A stretch of 63,046 bases of DNA, filler included, from Saprolegnia diclina VS20 (taxonomy: Eukaryota): NCBI RefSeq assembly GCF_000281045.1. It is 6 parts of 3 records of this genome, joined end to end, with 100 filler letters (N's around TTAATTAATTAA, not from the genome) between each part and the next. Parts side by side here need not be neighbours in the genome. Positions count along the whole stretch, not along the records: positions 25,754 to 54,435 come from NW_008246080.1; 5 more parts are not named here. One strand, written 5' to 3'. Position numbers and translations under genes: made by a program. How positions within the stretch are numbered: the stretch's first letter is position 1; every line of letters begins with the position of its first letter. Of the stretch, positions 35,138-46,885 are shown piece after piece. Below the pieces are notes generated by a model. It was given only the letters and a program-made list of their open reading frames with translations. It was not told the origin of the DNA and did no database searches.

Positions 35138-35962
35138 TCTTGTGCTCGAGCAATGAAATTGCAAAGTGAGTTCCTTGGACGTTCTAGCCTGCTACAATGA
35201 AGAGGGTACTAATGCCATATAGGTTATCAAGTGTTATGTGGCGATGTATCAAGTGAGACATTTGGGCGACGATCGTTTTAGCTTGAAAATGGCTAAATCG
35301 TGCGGCGTATTCGCTCCGTTGCAGCCGCATGCGGTCTCTCTTATCAAGTACGAGTACCTCCTTTCCCGCTGAGCCAGCTGCAGTGGCGGTGGTTGTGACC
35401 TCACTTGTTGATGCTGTATCAAAGTACCAATCTCAGCTGCGGCACCCACGTCGGAATGTCGTATATTATCAACTTGTTATGTTACGCGGTGCAAGCAGGA
35501 AGCACGCATCGATGGTCGGACCCTTTCAGCTCGCACGGTACTGTGTACAATTGCATCTCTCTGGCAAGAAACACAGTATGCCGAGGATTCGTCCCCTAGC
35601 GCACGTGCTTTCGTGTGTGGGTGGGCGATTAGTATCAACTTGATACATGAGAGTGACTACCACTTTTGTCACCGAAAATGGACAATGTGGATCGTAAAGG
35701 ACTCCATCTAGGCGACGTATAAGGACATGCTCACGACTCAGGCGGTTGCAGGAGACGCAAAGCTGCTCCCGAAACGACATCGTCTCTGCACTCGATGAAC
35801 GGTCGATTTCCACATATAAACCCAAAGCCATTTTAGCAAGTGCACCCGTAGTTCCAACGTCACTAGATATACCAGGAGTGATATTTTTGTGCATTTTATC
35901 ACCCGATAAATCTGGGTTCTTCTGGACGTGTCATAATCAAAATTTGCCGGTCGAGTTCAAGG

Positions 35963-36593
35963 ATGGTTCTACTAAGCGGCTGGATTGGCATCGAAGTTTG
36001 TGCGTCAGCGCTCGGAACGCCGTGCTCACCGACTGCCTGTAGCTGGCCCAACTGCGGATCATTGCCCCGACCTGTACGACATGGGAGCAAGTGGCCGCGT
36101 GTTTCCCTCGTCACTCGGCCCTCGACTGCCAACACACGTGGTACTCGGTGTTTGGCAAGGCAATTCGACACCGCGGTCCTTGGGCTATGGACGAGAACGA
36201 CCGACTACACTTTGCGACAAGCTTGACGAGCGATTGGGTCGCGATCGCCTACGTCGTTGCCACTCGCGAGTACGTTTCCCAATCAGTAGGTTTCTACTAA
36301 CGACGTTTTATAGTTGTGACCAATGCCAAAGCCGTTGGAAGTACATCCAAAACAAACGCGCTGCAAAGGTACGCGACGAGCGAGCAATGAAGACGGAGAG
36401 ACCGCATGTGGCGCTCTGGAGCACCGATCTCGCGACTCCTTTGCATGCGACGCAAGACGATACGTCGCCGCGTTCAGTGATGGAGGCGCGCAATTGGCAG
36501 TCGTCTGCCGAAGTGCCTAGCCCCACGACGAGCGACATCCATCATGTTCAAGCAGCAACAAGCGTCGACTCGATGGTGCAGCCAGCCGTGTAG
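35963..36593 (+). CDS. Two-repeat Myb-like paralog, 3 exons; possibly prematurely terminated (frame continues to 36872)
   Basis: WIGIE|LAQL..WEQVAACFPRHSALDCQHTW and WAMDENDRL..WVAIAYVVATR|CDQCQSRW. Intron positions match the minus-strand copy. Confidence 0.7.
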
Positions 36594-37043
36594 ACAGAGG
36601 CCATGGATACCGTCGTCGCTCGTCCGGCTGCATACACACAACAAGCTCAAGGCCAAGAGGCATTTGCCATGTGGTTTGACACTGCGTTCCAGCCAAGACG
36701 GTGCGCAAGCAGTGCGCAACATAGTGAATTGGGTCAAGGGAACTCGACACACGTTGCGGCAACGTCATATTGTGGATATAAAATATCAAGTTGGGAGTAT
36801 TTGCATGCGATTATAGCACGATTTCGCAACCATAACTCTGAAAGGAGATGTTTTCGACCACCAAAGTACTAGTACGTGTCATGCGACGAATGGAGAACAA
36901 GCGGACAACTCAGAAAACAAACCAGGAGCCCGATTCTGACGTGCTGCGTGGTCGAGGACGACAAGGGTGAAGCACCGGCATGTTCAACTCCGCTTTTACT
37001 ATCGTCAATTATATGTATGTACATGTTGTCGTCCGATGCTGCA

Positions 37044-40000
37044 TCATCTACTCGGAGACGGCACCAAACATGAAATGCGAGTGGCGAAGTGGCTGCGCGC
37101 GCGGAAGCGACCGCGACACCTTCTGCGTTTTGCCTTCGTCCAGCGTCCCGTGACCTATGACGTCATATCACATGACCGTTCGTGACGCTCCGATGCGTAC
37201 CTTCGAGGACAAGGTCAAAGCCGTCGCCGAGTTCGACGTTAAAGTGGAACCGACACTTGTATGACGCGGCAGCCTTTGGCGCAAACGTCACCTACGGACC
37301 CATGACACAAACTCCACTCAAAAAAATCCTCGTACGAGCACTTCGAGCGGTCGATGAATCGCGGCTTGGTACTGCGGCGATGGCGACGGCACGAGCGCGC
37401 CTACCACGCCACCGTACATACCTTCCGCAAAAGCATGCACGCACCGCTGTTGTGCAGTGGCAGCGACGGACCACGCAGTGTGCCCGATGTGAGGCTGAGT
37501 TGAAACACCTAACCCTCCTATGATCACGGGCCAGAGTACAGCAACGTCTATTACCGAAGGGTCGTCGACGGTCTTGGACCCGAGCTGCGGCACATGATGC
37601 ACCGTGAAATGCGCATCGACCTCGGTGGGGTTGGAGAGGAAGATCTTGACCTATGCGTCGGATGGCTCTTTGTGAGCTCTTGGATGAGGTAGGATATCCG
37701 TACGGTCTCATGGTGCTCACAGTGTACGAGACCAAACTTGAAGTGGGACGGCGCAAGGACGAGGATAGGGCGCAAGATGCGTCCTTGGAGCTCGATCGTC
37801 TGCAGCGTTCCTTGGCTGAACCGGATCGTAAGGGCACCCGAAACAAACACCACGGCGGGCTCGCGTCGGCTGGATGTGGGCGGCGGCTATCATAAGTATC
37901 TGCTGTGGCAGCTGCCGACACTTTTGAGTAAATACGAGCTTGGGAATGTAGTGAATCTTGACGTGCACCGACTGGCCCGGTCCCAGGGTGAAGCAGGGCG
38001 CTGGCTGCTGGTTGAACTTGATGGACCGCTGCGCAGGCGACAGCACACTAGAAGATGGTCAATATGGCTACCACTTGGTACCGGTCGTACCTCGGGCTAA
38101 GCGGGTGTGGCGTCGCCACGGACGTGGCTTCGACAATGTAAAAAGGTGTGTCCGCTATGCATATTAATGACCAATATGTCGATCACGGCATGGGTATACG
38201 AGAAGTCTCGAGACGAAACGTGAGCTTGGTGGCCATGCGATTCACAAGCTGAATGGCCTGCGTGTGGAGCGGGTGGTCGGGCACCTTGGTGTACAGCGAC
38301 CTACGCAACATTCGATATTTCGTCAATATCAAGTACCAATCCACTATATGCATACCAGGTCGTAAACGTCAAGCACTGGAGACCGCCCAACGTCGTGCCC
38401 TTGTCCCAGTGCAAGTGGGGCTGAATCAAATGCCCCGACATGGCCAGTTTGAGGCACGCCAACGACTTCATATTGAGCGAGCCTACGAACGTGTAAATGA
38501 ATATTGGCTAAATATATTTAGTCAGTACCGTTCTTGTACTTGGCCATCGAGTTGGTGAGGCGCACGGCTTTGAGGGCCTTCCCGACCGCACCCATCATGA
38601 TGCTTTTGGCGGACGACGTGTTGCCATCGGTGATCGCTGTCTGCCCCGACGCGCTGCTGCTGAGTGTCGCCGATGACGCGCCGTGGTCGACGCCGTCTAG
38701 GCACGTTATGCTGATACATTCCATATTGAAAAAGAAATACCATTGTCATTGTGCAGCCACTCGGCATCCGCGACCAAGAGCGCGCGCGTGAGTCTAATAT
38801 ATATTGTTGGGATCCATATAATATTGGCGATCGAAGTACAGTACCCGATGCCAGTGTTGCGTGCGGGGAAGAATGTCATTTGGAACGTAGCGTGGCCATG
38901 TTTGGGCACGATCTTGTCCTGGGGCTCGACTTGGAATGGCAGAGACGAGGCTTCCTTTTGCAAGTGCGGTCGAATCGTCACTTGAAGGCCCTGGTCCATC
39001 GTGAGCGCGCTCTCGATCACAATATGAATATGCAGCATTTTCTACCCCGCTGTCGAGAACTTGGATACGAAGGTCCACAACGCGCTCAAGGCTGTCGGGG
39101 TCGGGGTATTCGAGCAACTTCCACACGAGTTTGGCTGGGATCGGGCCTGTGTTGATGATTTGGACCTTGCGGACAACGCTCTATACACGTGTTCATATTC
39201 CATATTACATATTGAAATAATATATATTGCAAACCTCCGAGTGCAGAGGCAGCATGCCATACTCGAGCACAGGCCACACCCCCGCGTTCTACGCGATATG
39301 TCAAGACACCCTACGAAGCGATCGAATATACCTTCATGAGAAGACCGACGCAGTTGGGGTTGATGCTGAGGGGGCACCCGACGACATTGATGGTCGCACT
39401 CAGTCGCACCGGGGGCATCGTGTCCAATTTCACAATGATATCGTCGACGTAGCTAGCACATGCGTATATAGCGCAGTCTCTTTAGCAATATATATATTGC
39501 CGCACCGCCCCGACATGTTGTTGAAACACGTAATGTGGACGACCGCTTGCTCCCACTCGGCAATCGTCAGTGCTGCAGGATAGCACACCTACGCGCGCCA
39601 ACATCAATATATATCGCCGAGGCAATATTGAAATCGTCGCCACGTACAAGAGCGACGCCGTGACCGAGGCTGAGCACCCGGCGGTCTTCTAGCACGTTGG
39701 CTTGCTCGGCCTTGTACTGCTGCCCTACACGAATGTGCATACGATGCGACAGCAGCGTTCGAACCTTGGGCCGATTGAAAGACATTCTGCGGGGGCTCCA
39801 GAAGGTTTTCCGGGGGCGTCTCAGCTAGACACGACAATCGACATGTTGTACACTGCGTTCTTCGAAGTACTTGTGGCGGCAGCGTATTTCTTGGCTTCAA
39901 ACGACACTTTGGCCGGAATCCCACTGTGGTTGCGGATCAAGAGACGAAGCTACGTTGAGACAGTCGATAGACAATATTGTACACATAAAACGCCACCGAC

Positions 40001-43000
40001 CGTTTTGCGCTCAAAGAGCGCGACTTCTTCGCCAAACTGCAGCTTGGGCAGCAAGGCGCCGGCCGGCGCGTCCGTGTGCGGCACGAGCTCCGGAAGGGGA
40101 TCGTTGGGTTTGAGGAGCTCGTACGACAGCACGAGTCTACTCGATACATGGGTACATAGATGCCAACAGGACAATATAACCGACCCTTTTTGGAGCGTAC
40201 TGAGTTCAAACCCCAACGGCGCCAAGAGTCCGCGGACGTTGCAGGCAAAGACAGCGTTCGTAAAACCCGGCACGCGACCTACGAAATGATGGAAACGCCG
40301 AGGGACTGTGGGATTCGAACCGGTGAAGGTCACCGTGATGGTGAGCGACTCTTTCGAGATCAGGTTGCCAGCTTTGGGCTCAAACTCAATCGTATACGCC
40401 TTGGAGCGACCTAGCGGCAAATTTGAGCTCGATTCGAGCGTTTATTTTCTTACCTTGGGGCTCGACCCACTTGAAGGACGCTGGCAGGTTGGACACATTG
40501 ATGAGTTGGCACGTAGCTTGGACTGGCACGCCAATGTAGGTCGTGCCTACAACGTCATATTCAACTTATAATGAGTCCATGCAATGTCCACGCACCCAAG
40601 TTGATGCGCGTGATCGTCAAGTACACTTGCGGACATTGAATCTCGGCGCGGGCCGAGATGAAACTGGCGCACGTGAGCGGCTCCTGCAGCAATTCGCACT
40701 GGAACGACGCTATAGCACAGTGACTAGAGTGTCGCCCACCGAGGTAAGCGGACCTCGGAAGCGTTCAGGGTATTTGCCCGACATGCACAGCACCGAGACT
40801 TGGCCCACCTCGCCCGGCAAAAGCGACCCTTCTTCGGGGGTGAATGTGATGACGCATCTGTCCACAAGTTAGCAACGATCGCGCTACCGCGAGGCACCGA
40901 GGAGGAGTGTCGGTTTTTTCGTCGTCGGTCTTGCTCGCTTCGGATGACACCTAATCCTCTATCGTTTGGGGGTAGGGTTGGGGTAGTGGGGTACCATGGA
41001 AAAGCGCGAGAGCAGCGACTCGTTGGAGTTGGAGCGTCTACGCGCACGCAACAAAATGAACCACCGACCGTGCAGACAAGTGTTTACTTGAGCGGTGCGG
41101 GGTTGTGCACGGAGGCGCCGACGTGCGAGAAGCGGTAGCTTGCTACGCAACTCTATGTATGGGGTGCTGCGAGCCATACGATACTAATTGCTGTCGATTC
41201 GTTTCGGAAGCGCAGCACTTGCGTCGCCGAGTGCCCGACCGAGACAAGCCCAAAGTCAATCTAGCCAATCCCGTCGTATCCCATCTTGATACATCGAAGT
41301 TGGTACCTCGGGCGAGAGGAGCCGAATGTGCGGGCGTGGCACAGTGCCTTCGACCCAAACGGAGACGTTGTCGCTCGGCTCCTTGAGGCCTTGGCCAATG
41401 TGGCACGTCAGCGGCAGCGCAAACCCGCCCGTGAGTACTACCACGATAAATTCACAACCTCGACAAAGCGTTGGTGGGCCTACGTGGGGTGTACTGGAGC
41501 TTGGCGATGGTCGAGCTATTGGCGCTCAATACGCCGGTCGTGGGCGTGATCGTTGCATCTAGTTGGCATAAATGGTGCGTCATGCAAGATACACGTACTA
41601 GGGGGTAGCGCGTGCCAGTCGAAATGTACTTGCGTGTCATTCGAATTGGTCAACGTCAAGTTGACGGCAAGGGGCTGCTGCTGTGGCACGGCGGCGCCGA
41701 ACGCCACAACACTTGGTGCGACCTTGACGAGCGCCTACGAACCAATATCTCTTTCACGTTTGCGCGAAAACGACAGTCGTTTACATGTCGCCCCGTGCCT
41801 TCGAGAAGCAGCTGCATCGCCACCACGCTTGTCAACGGAGGGCTATAAGGCGCATTGTCGCTAGGAGCCTCGCCAACGACAACGGTTGGCGTACCGCACT
41901 CCGTCGACGCGGTCAGCGGCGCGTACGGGCAAGCAAAAGGGTGGCACGTTCAGTATCATCAAGCTGGCGGTCGTCGCAAACGACGCAACTTTCTAGAATG
42001 ACAAGTTGTCCATACTTTGATCAGCGCACAGAGCAGTTACCGTCGGCTCGAACGTGACGTGGAAGCGGAGGGCGCTTTGACGCGTGAGTGTGCCCTAGAG
42101 CGCGTGGTCGACTAGTGTGCGGTGGCGCGCGGTACCTGCGGCGGGGCGACACGAAACACGCTGGGCTCCTCTACGCCCCACCAGCAAAATGAGACCTTGT
42201 CACGATCGCGGGCGTGTACGCAGCTGCCACTTGAAGGGCAAGTCGAGCCGCGTGTCGTTCCAAAGCTCAAACGTCTGCGACGACGACGATCTATGCAAAT
42301 CGATGAGACACTGTCGAGTACCAAGAGGGTAGCGTACTCGACGACTAGCGGCGGAAAGAGCAGGCGGTCTAACGGCCTACACAACCACATGAGAATCGAA
42401 GAGAGGCGGCAGGAAAATGACTCTACCCCATGGTTTGCACTTTGGTCTCGATCGCCGTCTGGTTGACCGCGATTGGGAATACGTAAATCTCACACCCTTC
42501 GCCCGCCAACTGGAAGGTCTTGACCAGACAGTTGTCTACACATCTCAAGTCGGCTAAGTCTGTTCAGAGAGCGTCGGTCCTACCGCACACGACGACGAAC
42601 GGCACCACTTGATGCCCGACCATGGTCGGTGTGTACGTTAGTTTGAGCTCGACAACGGCGCCTGCGTTCTGCATCAGCAAGCGAGGTTACTGATCAACGA
42701 CACCTTTTTGGAGATCAAAGGCACTCGGGGAGAGCTGAAAGGGCCCGACGCAAAGGGCCTTTGGTGTCTAGTTCAACATTGCAATATACGTCACAGCGTG
42801 GACGCAGGATCGTACCGCGGGCAGGGGCTCGCGCGCGAGCGCATTGATGTGGTCGATCAGCGACGAGTGCAACAGCGCGTTCTCCCATTCATCTTCGGTC
42901 ATGAGCCAAAAACGGCCACGGCCACCTTGGTTGAGGCACGAAATCGTCGTGACGCACGTGTCTACGATGCTGTCTGAGTGTCAGGACATACGTGTTGCAC

Positions 43001-44828
43001 CACCTCCGATCAAGCAGCAGTGGGCTTGCAGCGTCGACGGAATCGAGAGCTGCGGTGGCTCACGGTGCGCTAAAATGGGCACTTGCACCGGTATATCCTG
43101 CAACCATCGAAGTATCAGTGTATCAAGTATTTGCAAAGCATTTTTTCCCGTACCGTGCCCTGCGGTGTGTCCATCATGACGACAAACACGTCGTTGTAGT
43201 CGGCGCGCGTATCGGGCGCAAATTGAATGCGCACTTGGCAGCTGAGCCCTACCCCGTCCATGGAACTGGTTTCGTTTCAATGTATCGAGCATACCTGGCG
43301 CAATAAGCCCGCTCGCATCTGGGAATTGAACCGATGCAATCATAAAGAACGCCGTCGCTGGCGGCAGTACACGGCACCGACAGCTGATTGCACTCATCTA
43401 TCCATATTGTCAAAATATAGGAATCCAAAATGTATCGCCCACAGTACGTACGTTTTTGATCAAAACGAGCTGTTCGTAAATGCCGCCAATCTCGTAGGCC
43501 AAAAATTCGACGGGGTGGGGCTGCACAACAAACGGCGGCTCCGACCTAGACGAGATGCATATTTGTGTGAAATTGGTCTTTCAAAACACGGGAATTTCGG
43601 TACTCCAGCGTTATTTTGGCGGTATCGAAGCGCGGGTTTCGCACAAAATTGAGCGTGCTCTGCATGCGGTGTAGAATCTTGTTGTTGATCGCTGCGTCGT
43701 CCGTCGAAATCGTGTGCGCAACCGCCTTGGGCTTGGGCTTGGCGCGTGGCACGACCTACGCTTCTATATCTATCAGTCTATCAAGTGTTCCAACAAGTGC
43801 GACCTCGTCAACAAAGTCGCTAATGTACTCGTCGTCGCCGTGCTCGTTCATGTGAAACTTGTGCAACGTCGTGTCCTTGCGGGTTTGAACCGTCGACGTC
43901 GACTTGAGGTACCCCGGGGTCTCGATCGCCGCCTTGGCCGCTACAATCGTTGGCGCGTTGAAACATTTTTGTGCATATATATACGAGACTCGAGACACCT
44001 TTGATCTGCGCCGTGGGGCCGTTGCCGGACCGATCGAGCATTTTGAGATGGTTCTCTTCCAGCAGCGTGCGCGCCTGGATCAGCGACCGGGCAAATTCAC
44101 CTGTGCATACAAAGAGGTGCTTAGCACATTCTCTGCGTTGCGCTCGAAAGCCTGTACTACCAAACGGCTCCAGCTCGGCGGGGTCAAGGCGGAAGTTGGA
44201 GGGTCCGATTGGGATTTGGGCCTTCACGACGAGTCCTTGCTTGATGAGCTCCCGCGCCTAGTGCATAAATGTCTTCGGATAGACTGCGAGTTGAATCGAG
44301 AGCCTACCTGCGCATCGTCCTTCTCCAAGGCTTCGCGGCGGCGGGTCTCGAGCAGCGCCATCAGGTCGGTGGCCTGCTGCACCTTGGCCCGAAGGTCTAC
44401 GCAGCTGCAGAGTGTTGTCACAGTGGCGGAGCGTACCGGCTTCCACTTCGGCGACGCGTTGGCGGCCATACACCAAATAGGGATGTTCGGGCTCCTGCGC
44501 CTGTCGTGACGAGGTGGTCGTGGCAATGTATCGCGGGTACCTCGGGTGCATCTGTCGCTTGGTCATTGTTGTTGTCGTTGTTGTCGGCGTCGTTGGAATG
44601 GTTTTCGCTGGTCGTCTTTGGCGCCTGCGAGAAAGCGTGCTAAGGTACCTGCCAACGAAGTTGAAGAACGTCTACCGGTGTCGCCCATTCGCTGTTGAGC
44701 CGCTCGTCAAAGTCGTCCGTGTAGTAGTCTCGGAACGCGCGCCGAAGGACGTTGGAAATCGAACCGACGGCGACGACGTCTTCGTCCTTGAGCACCGGTC
44801 CCTGGTTGTCGTCCTCTGTCGGTCCCAT
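37044..44828 (-). CDS. DLEC1: DLEC1/CFAP81-like ciliary protein with repeated Ig-like (ASH/PapD-type) domains; many small exons, boundaries approximate
   Basis: Ordered exon fragments LNFVRNPRF, PVEFLAYEIGGIYEQ, RVLPPATAFF..FP..GLIAPGM, VPILAHREPPQLSIP, CCLIG|DTCVTTISCLNQGGRGRF, LTLTNSNDTQVHFDW, FKFGLVH, YKCRFHFNVELG..LVLE|GHGTLDE. The internal stops I checked fall in GT-AG introns; the full exon chain was not verified. Confidence 0.72.
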
Positions 44829-45853
44829 GGATCACGGCAACGATGGAAAGTGCACCCTTTCGCCAAGATACAAAACGACATGAAATAGTGTTATAATACA
44901 CTATTCTTTGTAAATAGAAAATACTGTACTTTGCTGCTCAACGCCAAGCCCGGCTGTGTGCGAGCGTACATCGAGGTTCGTTCCTTGACGATACACAATC
45001 ATGTGCGTATACGTCACCACCTCATGCGCAATCCTACGTTCCAGAGGTGGAGAGGCGGGTCGTTGGTTTATTTTTTGCCCATCACCTTGGCAGCACGCTT
45101 CGTTTGAGATCCATACGCGGCTTCTTGTCGTCAGGGCAAAACTCTTGTTTAGGACACCTTGTCAAAGGTCAATAAAACTTATCTTTGCGCAAGTGATCCT
45201 ATAGCGAATTCGTGGGAGCGTACATTGTGTGTCGTGTAGCACACTGTGGTGGCGCATCACATGCAGCGACACTTGACAGCCAGCGTCGGCTACTGCAACG
45301 TGCAGATCAGAAAACCGTCCGTCGTTTATACTCTTCGTCGCCTTCTCGCTTCAGCATGTCGCCATGAGCCATGGGACGTCGCCATCGCTCTTCTTGCTTG
45401 CCTTGACGACAAGCCGACATGGCGCAGGATCCTTATCCTATACCTGACATCCAGTCCGCACACGGACAGAACACGGTGTCGTCGATCACGTGAAACCCGT
45501 ACACGTCCGACAAAACTGGATTCGAATCTGACTCCGAATCTGAAATGGACAATTACTTGGTCTCTCCCGACGCCAACCCAACGGCGACTCTCCCAGCACT
45601 GCCACGTCACGCGGTGGATTTAATTTATTTAATTTATTGGTTCGAATTGGATCCAATCAAATAAAAAAGCTTCGATGGCGATGTTCGCTCGCATGTCGCA
45701 GCGCAAAATTTAAAAAAATACGCGCACAGCGTGGGTTGCCAGTAATAAAATAATAAAATCCATGTGACTCGCCCACTTTGTTCGCCAATCATCTCTGGCT
45801 GGGTCCCGTCGTTCGTCACACAATCCCATCCGCCGTCGACCACGTACAACTAG

Positions 45854-46300
45854 ATGATGCACTCGATCGCTCTCTCGCGCAAGGTCGTCGCCGCCGCCTG
45901 CCGCCGCATGCACATGGAGGCCTCGTCCTCGGACGTCACCAAGTCGGCCGTCAAGGTACAAACGACAGCGCTCGCAGCAGTATAAGCTCATGTGCGGCAC
46001 TAGGAACTGATTGGCGCGAGCCAGGTCGTGCTCTTCTCCAAGTCGTACTGCCAATTCTCGGAGCGTGTCAAGGAGCTCTTTGACGACATGGACATTCAAT
46101 CGCTCACGATCGATCTCGACGACCTCGACGAAGGCGCCCACATCCAGGACGCGCTCCGGGACATGACCCAGCAGTGCACGATCCCCAACGTATTTATCAA
46201 CGGCAAGCACATTGGTGGCTGCGAGAGCGTCATGAAGCTCGTCAAGGCCAACAAGCTCATGGACACGATTTCCGGTGACGAGCCTGCCCACCACGGCTAA
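45854..46300 (+). CDS. Glutaredoxin (CQFS active site) with likely mitochondrial presequence; exons 45854-45955, 46004-46300
   Basis: VVLFSKSYCQFSERVKELF and TIPNVFINGKHIGGCES. The N-terminus is Arg/Ala/Ser-rich. Confidence 0.92.
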
Positions 46301-46885
46301 GCCGACCGCGTGTATGTATTTTTTAATTATTAATTTACGGCCTCCACCGAGTTGCGCTTCAACTGTACTGTGAGATCAGACACGCGCGCCCCATGTCTGT
46401 GCTACTGTGCCTAGAGCGGCCGCTCTAGACTCCAGACAGACGACCGACGGAGGATAAAAAAAGTCCTCGGGCGTAAAGCAGGCGCAAGTGGCTGAGAGCG
46501 TACGTGCGCCGGCGTCCACTGTCTTCAACATGCGATCCAGACCCGAACACGTCAATTTCGTTCTAAAATAAAAAGTATTATTAAAGCAGTAGATATTGCT
46601 TTTTAAATATTGTCTGTCGCACAAGTCGGTCGTAGCTTCATGTCGATGTCATCAGCACGGCGGGCAGTCTCAACTTGAGTCGCTCTCGGCCTCCGCATAC
46701 TAAGCGTTCAGCCTCAATAAAGAGACGTGGAGTGTTTTATACTACCTAATACAAAAGAGACATCGACTGTGTTCGTCCCAGTCACCCACACTTTCGGTCC
46801 AGGCAGGGGGCCACATAAATTGTCATGGTTATCAAGTTGCAACATGTATAAGTTAGTTAGTCGGTGTCGACGTCGACACGGCGGC

